64,000 nt of DNA from Mobula hypostoma (GCF_963921235.1 NC_086097.1:154134001-154198000); one strand, 5' to 3'. Shown: positions 1 to 12,879, numbered from the stretch's first letter. Notes: generated from the sequence alone by a model not told the origin. Numbers and translations are program-made.

Positions 1-500
1 ACACAAAGTGAAGAAGAGTCACTGAGCACCTTAACTCTGTAGGGCAGTGACAAATGAAACCAAAGTGCAAATAGAGAAGGAGTGTACAACATCCTAAATT
101 AGAACATTGGCCCACTTCATGAATCACCAGCTGCCATCTGCTAACAGTGCATCCAGATCCCATAAAACACTTATCGGTAAAGTTTGATGCACAGAAATAG
201 ATTGGAAGCAAGTCATCCAAGTCCTGGAGAACTGCCCAAGAGTAAGTGACTCCCTGATCATTCACCCTTCCTGCCCAAGAAGGCATTTCACCACTGCTTC
301 ACCAAAAGAACTTACAAAGTAATTCTCAGCGGTATACTTCCATTTACTTATCACTCATCCGTCTAATAACCAATAGCCTGGCCCAAAGAATAGAAACATG
401 CTAGCACAAGTACTTCCTACACAGAAAAAGATGTTAACTGAGAACTTTAATTTGCTTAATAAAAAAGTAGCACCTGATAATAATTAACAAAAATACTCAC

Positions 501-574
501 ATGTGTTCCTGGAATGTAAGTGCCATCTGTTTCTGGTGTTCCATGTAGAAGAAGGCCTCTGAGAATCTTCTTAC
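501..574 (-). CDS. FAM135B: FAM135B-like internal coding exon (74 bp; last exon in window)
   Basis: gcacag|GTAAGAAGA...CACAT|gtgagt; VRRFSEAFFYMEHQKQMALTFQEH, near-identical to recalled FAM135B VRRFSEAFFYMEHQK. Confidence 0.93.
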
Positions 575-3386
575 CTGTGCACAAACAAATAAGAATCTCA
601 GTTCTCTCCCTAATTATATAAACACTTACTTTGTGTCTTTACTGATCTTTCAGTATATTTTAAAACATTGAGTTTCTGACCTATTTGTACTCCTCAAACC
701 AAACCTTAGGGAAGTATTAACTAAAGATATTCCCATGCACAGTTCAATCTTCTGTACAATGAAGTTTTTACCAAAATGACTATGAGATTAAAGAGACTCA
801 CTGGAGTGCAACACTGAGAGTAATTGTATGTATGGGTCAAGTGAAGTTCAAGTTCATCGTCAAGTTTAGACAGATAGATAGACATACTTTATTGATCCCG
901 AGGGAAAATGGGTAAATTGTCATAAAAGTTTAATTGTCATTCAACCATGCATGAATATAACCAGACGAAACAGCATTACTCTGGGGCCAAGGTGCAAAAC
1001 AAAGTGCCAACTGTACTTTACATCACAAGGCAAGTATAGCACAAATAAGACAGGAGTAAAATACAGGCACACAAAGAAGACATAAAATCAAAGTCCCCGA
1101 GTCCATGAATGTTGCAGCAGACTGTAGTTAAACACAACATATCTTGGTTTCTACTGAAAGAACACTGCAGGGCAGCATCAACTCCAGCATTGACACCATG
1201 CCACACTCTCCGGTGGAGGGCACCAACTCTAACACCTCTCTCCTGGGTAGCTGCTAACAAGTGACACCGCCGTTTAAGGCTTCATCTTTGCTATGACCGA
1301 GGCCACATGTTGTCTGCCTCCACCATTCAGCAGTAAAACAGTGAACCAGACTTCAGTATTCCACATTACCAATGTCCAACAGAGTCTTGCCATCGTACAA
1401 AAAGCGTCTAAAGCAATCACTCGCTGTTGGATTGCACACTGCCTTTTCACACCAACTCCTGGCTGACGGAGGTAGCAGTTATTTTGTATAACGATGTTAA
1501 CAATGGAAACACCATCTTGCTGAAATGATATAACGATAACCCATGTTACTACATTTTCAGACAGCTAATTGATGGATCACAGTGAATTCGTGAACGGTTA
1601 GATTAATTTCTGTTCTTGAGAAATTTCTAGGACATCAAACAGGGAGTAAGGAGTAGATCATGGTGGACAAGCCTTCTAAATTTTTTGAAACAATGACTAA
1701 GGCAAGGGAAGAAGCATGCCTGTGGGTGATGTGGATTTTGAAATAGTAAATGATAAATCCCTCAAATGCTAAAGTTAAAGCCCATGGAATTGACTCAGCA
1801 AGAAAGCTGCCTGACCAGGAGATAGAGAGCAGTAACAATGACTCATTCACAAATTGACTGCATGTGATAAGTAGTATTCTGCAAAGATTTGTATTGGGAT
1901 TATACTACTCAATTTAATTGTAAATGACTCAAATGAAGGGTTAGTAAATGCATACCCAAGTTTACTATTATCAAACCACAAACAATATGCATGGAGGCAG
2001 AAAATTTCAGAGGCACTAACAAATAAACAAAACTGTGACAATGCCTTTCAATGTCGATTATGGCATGAAGTTATTCACATTAGACCAATAATAGCTCCTA
2101 AAGCAATTTAGGGATTTCAATCCTTGGACCTTTAAAATGCATGGTGAGATTTGGAAAGTAATCAAACAGGCTCATTTCCCTACCAATAGTGCTAAATATG
2201 AGGAGAACCTGCACAAATTGGGCATTAATTCCTGGAATTTAGAAGGTTATTGACTGATATTTTTGAAGTGTTCATGATATTAAAGAAAATTGATATGTAG
2301 ATTAGAGAAAGCAATTATTCTTGTTTCGAAAGTCAATAGTTAGAGTCTGAAAATGCTGGAAAGCAGGCCTAATTAACAGTCTTCCAAATAATGCAACTTA
2401 TCCTCAGAACTAATTATATGGATCAACTCCACTCGGTCTACAAACGTGATTCCACATTGTCTGTTGCTTTAATTTCTTGTCTCTCATCTACTCTTGACCT
2501 GAATGTCCTCACCCTTCAATATCATAATCATTGAAACCACACAGGATTAAAGAATAGCAACACAGCATTTAGGTCAATAGATTATACATTTCAATACCAG
2601 GGTTAACAATTTGCTCAGTGATTTTTTTTGCCAATTATATCTACCTCAAATTTAGCTCATATTTCTTCATTTGTTCCAGTACAATTATTTTAGCCTTGAA
2701 CCATTATTCCTTTTGCTATTTAATCACCCTTGACTCCTACAATTATTACCTTACACTTTATTCTTTCCTATATCACACTGTTCTCAACATCCCAAAACCT
2801 GTTTAATTTCCCATTTACATCTACTAGGTACCTCTAATTTCTCTTCCAAATTCAAAACAAATCCCATGTGCAACTTGTATAATTTCAGTCAACCATAGTT
2901 GACTTCTTACCAGTTAAAGATTTGACTTACTTAATATCCAGATCAATAGATTTGTTGCAAGAAAAATGTAGTTTCTAATCTACTAAGAATTCTGCCTCAC
3001 AACTAAGTCTCACTCTCAAGTATTGGTAGAAACCAGCCAGATTGATGAAAGCAGATGCATGCAGAATGGTCTGGTAAACCCTACAACAGTAAGTATGATC
3101 ACAAACAAGAATATCAGCAGGTGCTGGAAATCTAAGCAAAAAACAAAAGGCTGGAGGAACTCAGCAGGCCAGGTAGCATCTATAGAAAAAAGTACAGTCG
3201 ATGTTTTGGCAGTAAATATTTTGGCTGCTTCTTCATAATCCTACAAGTTGGAAGGAATAAATATCCAGAAGCAAAGTAATCATACATGGAAGGCAGAGGA
3301 AATCATTGGGAATCTTTGTGGCCTAACTGGAGTTTCGTGAATGATGAATCCTAAATAGTTACGAAAACAAACTGTGGCACCACTAC

Positions 3387-3542
3387 CCTCAGACTGTGAT
3401 GGTCCTGGCGTAAGAAAGCTGTCACATCTTCCTGAAGAGTCGTGCTGACCCGGAACTGGTTCCACAGAGCAACAAGGCAGGAACAGAGCTGCTGCAGATC
3501 CTTGCTGATCTGTTCTGCCACTTTATCTGGACTGCTAAACAT
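3387..3542 (-). CDS. FAM135B: FAM135B-like internal coding exon (156 bp)
   Basis: tttgcag|ATGTTT...CTGAGG|gtagtg; MFSSPDKVAEQISKDLQQLCSCLVALWNQFRVSTTLQEDVTAFLRQDHHSLR; the AEQISKDL motif is FAM135B-type. Confidence 0.92.
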
Positions 3543-3884
3543 CTGCAAAAAGTCAAATAAAATCATTACATCAAGATGACTTAAACTTCAGAACTGGAAA
3601 CATTAAGCTTATTGCATTATTTTACTCTCTCTGAGGGATAAGCAGGTACTTAAAAAGGAGCAGAAAGAATTATAGCAGGAAGGTGGGGACGCCTGCCGAA
3701 ACCAGGGCAGAAGTGGGAAGAAAAACACTATCTCTTGTAGGCATTCTTCTCACTCAACACAGAAACACTTCTATTTTTTGAGATGCATGTAACTAAAGCA
3801 ATTGCCTCTTTCTAACGTCTTTATACCATCCTATGCTTCATCTTAAGAAGCATAGAAACATACAGTAAGCTAACAGGCCACTTA

Positions 3885-4650
3885 TAAGAACATAAGAACA
3901 TATGAAATAGGAGCAGGAGTAGGCCATCCAGCCCATCGAGCCTGCCCCGCCATTAAATAAGATCATGGCTAATCTGTCCATAAACTCAGCTCCATCTGCC
4001 TCTCTTTTCCCCATAACCCTTAATTCCCCTACTATGTAAAAATCTATCTAACTGTATCTTAAAATATATTTAGTGAAGAAGCCTCAACTGCTTCCCTGAG
4101 CAGAGAATTACACAGATTCACCACTCTCTGGGAAAATCAGTTTCTCCTCAGCTCCGTCCTAAATCTTCTCCTCTGAATCTTGAGGCAATGTTCCCCAGTT
4201 CTAGTCTCACCTACCAATGGAAACAACTTTCCTATTTCTATCTTATCTATCCCTTCCAAAATTTTTTTATGTTTCTATAAGATCCCCTCTCACTCTTCTG
4301 AATTCCAGAGAGTATAGTTCCAAGTGACTCAATCTCTCCTCATAGGTTAACCCCTTCATCCCTAGAATCAACCTGGTGAACCTCCTCTGCACTGCCTCCA
4401 AAGCCAGTATATCCTTCCTCAAGTATGGAGACCAGAACTGCACACAGTACTCCAGGTGCGGCCTCACCAGTACCCTGTATAGTTGCAGCATGACCTCCCT
4501 GCTCTTGAATTCAATCCCTCTAGCAATGAAGGCCAACATTCCATTTGCCTTCTTAATAACCTGTTGGACCTGCAAGCCAACTTTTTGCAATTCATGCACA
4601 AGCACTCCCAAGTCCCTCTGCACAACAGCATACTGCAATCTTTCACCATC
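3885..4650 (-). mobile_element. CR1 LINE, 5'-truncated 3' end
   Basis: ORF 4267-4638 carries CR1 RT C-terminal motifs (LVRPHLEYCVQFWSPY, LEAVQRRFTRLI, RGDLIET); octamer-repeat tail (ataagaac)n at ~3885-3905 on plus. Confidence 0.9.
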
Positions 4651-5404
4651 TGCTCTTCTATTTAACCCATCAGCTCCATGATGAATATCAAGGACCCATT
4701 TACATCAATCCTAATTTTTATTACTCCCATATTTCCAGGTTCTAGTACTAGAGGCAATTAACCTATCAACCCACATCACTACAATGTTAATTTACTGATT
4801 TAACTTAACCTCTTTTTTTTAAAAAAACAACCAAGCAGTACAATCTGGCCAGACAGCAGAGATGTCATAAGAAGATAAAGATGATCACTTGGGTTACACA
4901 TGGAACTACCATCGCAGATGCGGATTCTCACATTAATTTAAGAGGATAAAGTGGAGTCTACATCTCGAAGGAGTGGCCCAGTGGGAAGAGGAAACAATAT
5001 TCAAGGTTAAGGGAATGTTGTGCATGGTAACACCACAGACAGGACATCCTGAGGCCTCAGATGGAGACAAAAGCCCAACATAACTATTAGAAGGAAGGGA
5101 TTGTCTCATATACCACCCGCCTATGGGACTCATCAGCCACCTCTTCTCCCATCTGTGGAATATTCTTTCACAGTAATCTCACATTCTGCAGATGTTGAGA
5201 ATCTTGAGCAACACCCGCAAAATGCAGGGAAGCTCAGCGGGCTGCAGCTATGGAGGGAATAAACAGACAATATTTTGGGCAAAGACCTGAAGATTAAAGG
5301 TTAGCTTTGTTTGTCATGGGTACATGAAAACATTGAAACATAGTGAATTGCATCATTTGCATCAAATCATATCAGCGGGGACTGTGCTAGGCAACCTGCA
5401 ACTA

Positions 5405-5745
5405 TCATAAAGTCATAGAACACTACAGCACACAAACAGGCCATATGGCCCATCTGCTCCATGCTAAACTATTATTCTGCCTGGTCCCATTGACTCACAG
5501 CTGGACCAATGCCCTCCATACCCCCTCCCATCCATGTACTTTTCCAAATTTATCTTAAATGTTGAAATCAAAACTGTAGCCATTACTTTCGCTGGCAGTT
5601 CATTGCTTACTCTCACCATCCTCTCAGTGAAGTAGTTCTCCCCCAGCATCAAGTTCCTCATAAGTTTCACTCTTAAACTATGATCTCTAGTTCTGGTGAC
5701 ACCTAACCTCAGTGGAAGAAAGCTTGCTTGCATTTATCCTATGTT
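5405..5745 (-). mobile_element. CR1 LINE 3' fragment
   Basis: TRTRDHSLRV...FTERMVRVSNELP motif in ORF 5464-5733 plus a CR1-type 3' UTR. Confidence 0.7.
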
Positions 5746-5769
5746 AACAGTGGGAAATCAGAGATTGGG

Positions 5770-8530
5770 AGCAACAGAAAGAGTGACTCACTCAGATCGG
5801 CAAGGGTCCATTAAAGAGCAATGCTTCGCAGGAGTTTCTGCGTTGGCACAGAGGACGTTCAGAGATGGGGAGCGAGAAAAGGAGTGACTCACTCACGTCA
5901 GCGAGTATATGTTAAAAAACAGTGCTTCATGGGAGTTTTAGCATTTGAACAGCAGTCACTCAGATTTCAGGATTCATTAGCAAGTGCAAATTAAAATAAG
6001 GCAGGGGTAAGTGGAACGGCCTTTGTTAGAGTAGAGAGTTTTAAAGTGGGGACTTTGAGGATTGAATACATCGAGGCTTCAGCAAGGAAAGACTTGAGTG
6101 AGAGAATGTGAAAAGTTGCAGGTATATTTTTTTCCAGTTTGTTTATCGTTTCCTTCTTTATACTTGTGCAGTGAGAACAGTAGGGATGCCAAGCACAATA
6201 GTTGAATGCTTATCTTGCATAATGTCATAATGGAAAAAGGAGGGGATGAGAAGATGGCGGCGCAACGCAGCGCATGCAGCCGCTCCGAAATGGTATCTTA
6301 TTTGTTAAGTAGGTACCATGCACAATCCTGATTTGATGGAGGCAGACGTGAGAAGCATGGAGGAACACCTGGAGAAACTTTTGAAATGCCTGCTTTGCTG
6401 CCACTGCTACTGTGCGATCGAGAATCTCCAGAGGGGAAGACCCCAAATCCTCGGCTTTCCCTATTGCCTGTTGCCGGGGCCGGGGTCGAAGCACTCGGCA
6501 GAGATGGCGCTCGACGCTGGAGGGCTGGTCGGAGGCTCGAAGCTTTCGGACGGACTCGGAGTCGGACTGTGGTCGGGTGCTTCCAGGATGCTGCATCGGC
6601 AAGTTTGCGGCGCTGGAAGCTCATGGTAGGGAGAGTTTCTCCCTTCAACCATCTGCATGAGACGATGGGACTTTCGAGAGACTTTGAGACTTTTTTTTAC
6701 CATGCCTATGGTCTGTTCTTCATCAAATTACGGTATTACTTTGCACTGTTGTAACTATATGTTATAATTATGTGGTTTTTGTCAGTTTTTTTTAGTCTTA
6801 GTTTGACTTGGGTTTCTGTGATATCATTCTGGAGGAACAAATTGTATCATTTCTTAATGCATGCATTACTAAATGACAATAAAAGAGGACTGTGTGTCCT
6901 CATAATCTAATCTAATGTGGAATGCAGGGAGACTTCCAATGTCCCTGATGATTTCACCTGCAAGAGGTGCATCCAGCTGCAGCTTCTAACACTCCACATT
7001 AAGGAGTTGGACATGGAATTGGATTAACTCTGGATCATTTGGGAGGCTGAGGCGGTGACAGACAGGACACTTAGAGAGGTAGTTCGACGCAAGGTGTAAG
7101 ACACAGGAAACTAGGTGACAGTCTGGAGGGTGAAAGGAGTTAAACAGCCAGTGCAGAATAACCCTGTGGTCGTCCCCCTCAACACTCTGGATACTGTTAT
7201 GGGTTTATGACCTAGCAGAGGAAAGTCTCAGCAGTCAGGTGTCTGGCACACAATATAGCTCTGAGGCTCAGAAACGGGGTGGGAGAAGAAGTAAGCTGTG
7301 GTGATAAGGGATTCCTTTGTGAGGGGAACAGAAAGAAAGTTCTGTGGACAAGAACAAGATTCCCAGACAGTATGTTACCTCCCAGGAGCCAGGGTCTAGG
7401 AAATCTTGGATTGAGTGCTCAGGTTTCTTAAATGAGAGGCTGAGCAGCCAGAGGTCACGTTCCTTGTAGGTACCAATGACAAAGGTAGGAAGAGGAATGA
7501 GGTTCTGTAAAGTGAGTTAAGGGATTTAGGTGCTCCAGGACCTCCAGGGTTGTGATTTCAGGATTGCTACCCTTTCCATGTGCTAGTGAGGCCAGAAATA
7601 GGAAGATATTTAACACGTGGTTTAGGAATTGGGGCAGGAGGGAAGGCTTCAGATTTTTAGATCACAATGAAGGTGGGACCTGTTCAGAAGAGACGATTCT
7701 CACTTAAACTGCAGAGGGGCTAATATCCTAGTGGGAAGGTCTGCTGGTGCTGCATGGGGTTGTGAGGGAGAGTGGCAGGGGGATCCATACTTGTGAAATT
7801 AATTCAGTTAAGTTTCCTTAATCAGTACATAGAAGTCTGAATGAGCAAGTGTGCAATATCTGATCTCCTATTAGGGAATGAGACAGGGCAGGTGACAGAA
7901 GTTTATGTAGGGGAACTTTTTGAATCTAGTTCATAATGTCATTAGTTTCAAGATAATTATGAAAAAGGATAAGTCTGGTTCTTGGGTTGAGATTCAAAAT
8001 TGGAGAAAGGCCAAATTTGACGGTATCAGAAAGAATCTGACAAGTGTGGATTGAGACTGGCTGTTTTCTGGCAAAGGTGTACTTGGTGAGTGGGAGGCCT
8101 TCAAAAATTAAATTTTTGGAGTACAAAGCTTACAAAACTTTATTCCCAATAGCATAGAACATTGAGGGGAGATTTGACAGAGGTATACACAATTATGAGG
8201 GGTATATATGGGATAAATGCCAGCAAGCTTTTTCCACTGAGGTTGGGTGAGACTACAACTAGAAGTCATGGGTTAAGGGTGAAAGGAGGACATAAAAGGA
8301 AAACTTCTTCACTCAGAGGATGGTGAGATTGTGGAATGAGCTGTCAGTGCAAGGGGCGGATGTGATTTCAATTTCAATGTTTAAGCAAAGTTTAGATAGG
8401 TACAAGGATGAGAGGGGTATGGAGGGCTATTGTCCTGGTGCAGGTCGAAGAGACTAGGGAGGTTAAACGGTTCGGTATGGACTAGATGGGCCAAAGGACC
8501 TGTTTCTGTGCTGTTTTATCTATGACTCTA
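5770..8530 (+). mobile_element. Degraded, internally deleted CR1 LINE (5' UTR repeats, ORF1 esterase remnant, ORF2 fragments, 3' tail), interrupted by an insertion at 6239-6916
   Basis: Duplicated gagtgactcactca units at ~5780 and ~5882; ORF1 VVIRDSFVRGT...CYLPGARV SGNH-esterase-like remnant at 7298-7400; RGDLTEVY and WNEL remnants at 8160-8345; tail ctatgactcta at 8520. Confidence 0.7.
6239..6916 (+). mobile_element. ~680 bp non-autonomous retroposon, copy A
   Basis: One of five homologous copies in the window; head GAGAAGATGGCGGCG; tail AATAAA + GAGGAC-n5-GTCCTC + (ATCTA)n. Confidence 0.85.
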
Positions 8531-8563
8531 TAACTGTATTTATACCCCTCATAATTTTGTATA

Positions 8564-10059
8564 CAGGTGTCCCCCGCTTTTCGAACGTTCGCTTTACGAA
8601 ACCTCACTGTTAAGAAAGACATACATTAGTACCCTATTTTTGCTTTCAGCAGGTGTTTTCACTGTTACGAAAAAAAATTCAGCGCGCAATAAAAAATCCG
8701 TGCGCGAGAAAATCAGCACGCGATAAAAGACAGCCACTCTCCCCGGGATTCGGAACTGCTTTGCCTGTGAGCAGTCGTTTGCAAGATGAGTTCTATGGTA
8801 TCCAAAAAGCCTGAAAGAGCTCATAAGGGTGTTACACTTACAGTAAAACTAGACATAATTAAGCGTTTCGATCGTGGTGAACGAAGTAAGGACAAAGTGA
8901 GTTTGGCTTTTGGAAGTTGACGAAGATTATGTTGAAGAGGTTTTGGCATCCCATCACCAAGAACTGACAGATTAAGAGTTGATGCAATTGGAAGAAAAAA
9001 GGATAACAATCGAAACCGAATGTGTAATGATAAAGTACGACTTTAATTTTGAAAGGGTACGTCGGTTTAGGAGATATTTGCAGGATGGTTTGAGTTCTTA
9101 TTAAAGAACTGTGTGATAGAAAAATGTGCGAGGCTTAGCAGTCAAGCAAGCCTTCTACATCAGCCACAGCAGACGATGAACCTCAACCTTCGACATCGAG
9201 GCGGGCAGAGATAGGAGGAGATGAGCTTCCTGCTCTAATGGAAACAGACGATGAGATGACACCCCAGTGTCCCACCACCCCAACCCCCAGGCCACGGACA
9301 GATACTGTACCGATTCACGGAGAATGCAGCAGTAGCCAGGAGGCACACAGCACATCTTTAAGAAAAAAGCCAAAATAAACATGCTACTTAATTAGGTGTC
9401 GCCAACACGTAATTGTCGGCCCAGATCAGAGATGATGCAATCGGAAATCGGCACTGATCTGGGCCGACAATTACATGTCGGGCAGCATCTAATTAATTAG
9501 CTTGTTTATTTCGGTTTGGCGGCCTGGAGGGTGGGGGCCACTGCACCACCCAACCTGCGACGACTCAGTCTAACACACCATCATCTGTGTGCTCGGCGCT
9601 GTCCCGATTCCGGTAAGTGATACTACACTGTACATACATTATTTCTACTTTATATAGGCTGTGTATTTTTACGTGTTATTTGGTATGATTTGGCAGCTTC
9701 ATAGCTTAAAGGTTACTGGAGAGAGTGTTCTTGCCAACAGCGCTTGCGTGAGATTTTCTGTCGACGGCACTTGCGTGAGATTTTCACTACGGAGAACGGT
9801 TCAGTAATGATTGTGGAAAAGTATTTCTACTTTATATAGGCTGTGTATTTATCATATCATTCCTGCTTTTCCTATATGTTACTGTTAGTTTAGGTTTTAT
9901 GTGTTATTTGACATGATTTGGTAGGTTATTTTTGGGTCTGCGAACGCTCACAAAATTTTCCCATATAAATAAATGGTAATTGCTTCTTCGCTTTACGACA
10001 TTTCGGCTTACGAACCGTTTCATAGGAACGCTCTACCTTCAGATGGCGGGGGAAACCTG
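8564..10059 (+). mobile_element. Tigger/pogo (Tc1-mariner) internally deleted DNA transposon
   Basis: TA TSD (8562-63, 10060-61); imperfect TIRs caggtgtcccccgc / gcgggggaaacctg; N-terminal HTH remnant MVSKKPERAHKGVTLTVKLDIIKRFDRGERSKD (~8795-8893) fused to a C-terminal EVDEDYVEEVLASHHQELT remnant. Confidence 0.88.
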
Positions 10060-10129
10060 TACCTCAATCTCCTATGATACAAGGAGTAACATCGCCACAC
10101 TTCTGACACCCACAACCCACTAGCTCTAA

Positions 10130-10235
10130 TGGTACATCTTTGGATTGTAGCAGAAATCCTGAGCACTCAGAGGAAACCCATGCAGTGATCAGGAAAACCT
10201 ATAAACTCCTTAGAGGCAGCGGTGGGAATTAACCG
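10130..10235 (-). mobile_element. V-SINE (HE1-like) fragment
   Basis: gagcactcagaggaaacccatgcagtg...aaactcctta resembles the reverse complement of the V-SINE central domain; degraded. Confidence 0.5.
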
Positions 10236-10378
10236 CCAATCGATAATTGCTGACCAAGCCGTGATGAAATCTCTAGGCCCAAAACTTTGACTGTTCATTT
10301 CCCTTCATCATCTGCTTAATTCCTCCTGCAATTTGTTTGTGTTCCATACCGATTCAAATGCCAACCTCAGAACACATA

Positions 10379-11003
10379 CCAGGGGTGATTGATAAGTTTG
10401 TGGCCTATGGTAGAAGGAGTCATTTTTTAGAAAACCTGGCACATTTATTTTTCAACATACTCCCCTCCTACATGTGCACACTTAGTCCAGCGGTCGTGTA
10501 ACATATGGATCCCTTCTTTGTAGAAGTGGTCCACAGCAGGGGTGATTGATAAGTTTGTGGCCTAAGGTAGAAGGAGATGAATTATTAACTTCAAACTTTC
10601 TGCATAATCACTCAAAGAGTTGAACTGCATGTGCATGTAAAAACAGCATCTTGGACCTCCAGGTGGTCCACAGCAGGGATGATTGATAAGTTTGTGGCCT
10701 AAGGTAGAAGGAGATGAGTTATACAGCTCCCGTTACATACACGTGCAGTTCAACTCTTTGAGTGAAAATGCAGAAAGTTTGAAGTTAATAATTGACTTCT
10801 TTCTACCTTAGGCCACAAATTTATAAATCACCCCTGCCGTAGACCACTTTTTGGAGGTCCAAGACGCTGACTTCTACAAAGAAGGAATCCGTATGCTTCA
10901 CGACTGCTGGACTAAGTGCATAAATGTAGAAAAAATAAATGTGCTAGATTTTCTAAAATAGACTCCTTCTACCTTAGGCCACGAACTTATCAATCACCCC
11001 TCA
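10379..11003. mobile_element. Mariner-derived MITE, quasi-palindromic
   Basis: TA TSD (10377-78, 11004-05); TIR aggggtgattgataagtt.gtggccta..gtagaaggagtc at both ends; mariner C-terminal remnant FYKEGIRML.D.WTKC in inverted orientation next to each end. Confidence 0.85.
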
Positions 11004-11576
11004 TAAAACCGGCGTGGAAACAAGTCAACCATAATGACAGAAAAAAGCCAAAGACGGCACTATAGAGCATAAGATAACCAGTATTTGTTGTTGGACTACA
11101 ATAAGAGATTATTCTATCTCTACATTTAAATCAATGTTACTTATGATGATGTATATCATTCATTGTGATCTATTGCCGCAGAAAGCCAAGACGGGAGTTC
11201 ATTTACAATTTTACTGACTTGTCAATTAACAATTGTTTTAATTTATTAATAATTGCTAAGTTATGTCTTTTTGCATTACAATTAAACATTTTCCAGAAAT
11301 ATCACTCTTTTGTAGCTCCTGTATTGCTTCTTCAGATGCAACTAACCCTTCTCCTTGATATAGAACAGGCTGGTTTGTATTGTGCTTCTAAATTCCTGAG
11401 AACTTTCATTGGCACTAGTCCCTGAGGTAGCCACTTACTCTGGCTGTCTCCCACTTCTCTTGCAATTAGAGTATCTTCCCTTGCTCTATCGGTAACTGCT
11501 CCTCAAACTAAAAATGGCACACTGTGGATTTGGGCGGATTCACTTAATCCATAATGACCATAAATTATACTAAACA

Positions 11577-11785
11577 ACAGGAATTCTGCAGATGCTGGAA
11601 ATTCAAGCAACATACATCAAAGTTGCTGGTGAACGCAGCAGGCCAAGCAGCATCTATAGGAAGAGGCGCAGTCGACGTTTCAGGCCGAGACCCTTCGTCA
11701 GGACGAAGGGTCTCGGCCTGAAACGTCGACTGCGCCTCTTCCTATAGATGCTGCTTGGCCTGCTGCGTTCACCAGCAACTTTGAT
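11577..11785 (-). mobile_element. Penelope-like terminal repeat inserted as a fold-back hairpin
   Basis: Perfect 84-bp inverted repeat 11616-11699 / 11702-11785; flanking direct repeat ataaattatactaaaca (11560-76, 11784-800); near-identical to the terminus of the PLE at 19088. Confidence 0.92.
11669..11705 (-). ncRNA. Minimal type I hammerhead ribozyme motif
   Basis: Minus strand gtc-CTGACGA-agg gtctcgg cct-GAAAC-GTC-gac: core boxes intact, stem I only 3 bp because of the inversion junction. Confidence 0.6.
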
Positions 11786-12223
11786 AAATTATACTAAACA
11801 GCTTTAAAGTTTTTATCCTGAGTGACATTTCTGTAACAATATTTTAAACTCAAATGGAATAAACAAGGCACCAATTATTTTACTCCCTCACAATACATTT
11901 ATATTTCCCATTCTTCCCAATTAGTGGGAAGTTTAACTTGTGCAGAAATTAATTATTTGGTGATACCTCTAAACATATCGCCAAGTAAATGCTCCTTGTT
12001 TTCTGTTCATGGATTTTTATTCTATTAGTTTCCTTTGCCTTCACGTTGTGCTTCTGAGAAGGAATACATATCTAGTCATAAAAGGTAGAAGTAGAGGTCA
12101 ATGGAAAGGAAAAACAGACACTGAGAGGTTGATCTGGTACAGACTGTACCACTCTGCTGCCAGGCTTCAGTTTTGCATTCCAATATCCAACAGCTGTTGT
12201 GAAATAACAATAGAATTTCTCAC

Positions 12224-12273
12224 CTGTAGGTTAACACAAAGCTGTGACAGTGTCTCATCTATAAGACAGTCCT
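12224..12273 (-). CDS. FAM135B: FAM135B-like internal coding exon (50 bp)
   Basis: ttttccag|AGGACTG...CTACAG|gtgaga; (E)DCLIDETLSQLCVNLQ, compare recalled FAM135B EETLSQLCSELQ. Confidence 0.9.
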
Positions 12274-12879
12274 CTGGAAAAGACAAAAAATACAGATTTT
12301 GAGAAATCAATCCCATTGGAGTAAACTAACTGAACTACAGCATTCAACAATACATAAACAGGAAAAGCTGGAATAAGACTCATAAACAGGCTAGAACATG
12401 ATCTATTGCATTTGTGGCCTCTTTCACCCCAGCGTGGCCTATAACCTTAAATACTAATCCCATCAGCCTTTGACAGAAAATGCATTTGCTTGGATTTGTA
12501 GTGTAGTTTTTGTTAAGAGTGGTCATTTTTTTTTCATCTAATTTATTAACTTAACATACTTGCCGATCTTATTTCCCTGCCTTTTCCTATGAAGTTGACA
12601 ATGGAGAATCAATATTGCAGATACATGTAACAAGAACTTCAGATGTCTAACACTGTTACTTTAACTACTCTGTGTCCTCTTTTGGAGCAAAATATAACAA
12701 TGAATATAATTGGATGGATTCAGATTAGTCCAGAAATGTGCAACCTTTCCTTCTCAGACACTCATTATAAGGTCAGTGGAAGAAAGTTTAAGGGAAATGT
12801 CAGAGTAGGTTTTCAACGTATGTGTCTTAAACACATTGTCGGGACGGTTGGAGGAACCTATTATAACAGGGATATTTCA

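Noticed and set aside
10379..11003. Regularly recurring ~40-bp repeats resembling a CRISPR-like array
   Set aside because: The context is eukaryotic; the repeats are mariner TIRs in mixed orientation and the intervening sequences are themselves inverted copies.
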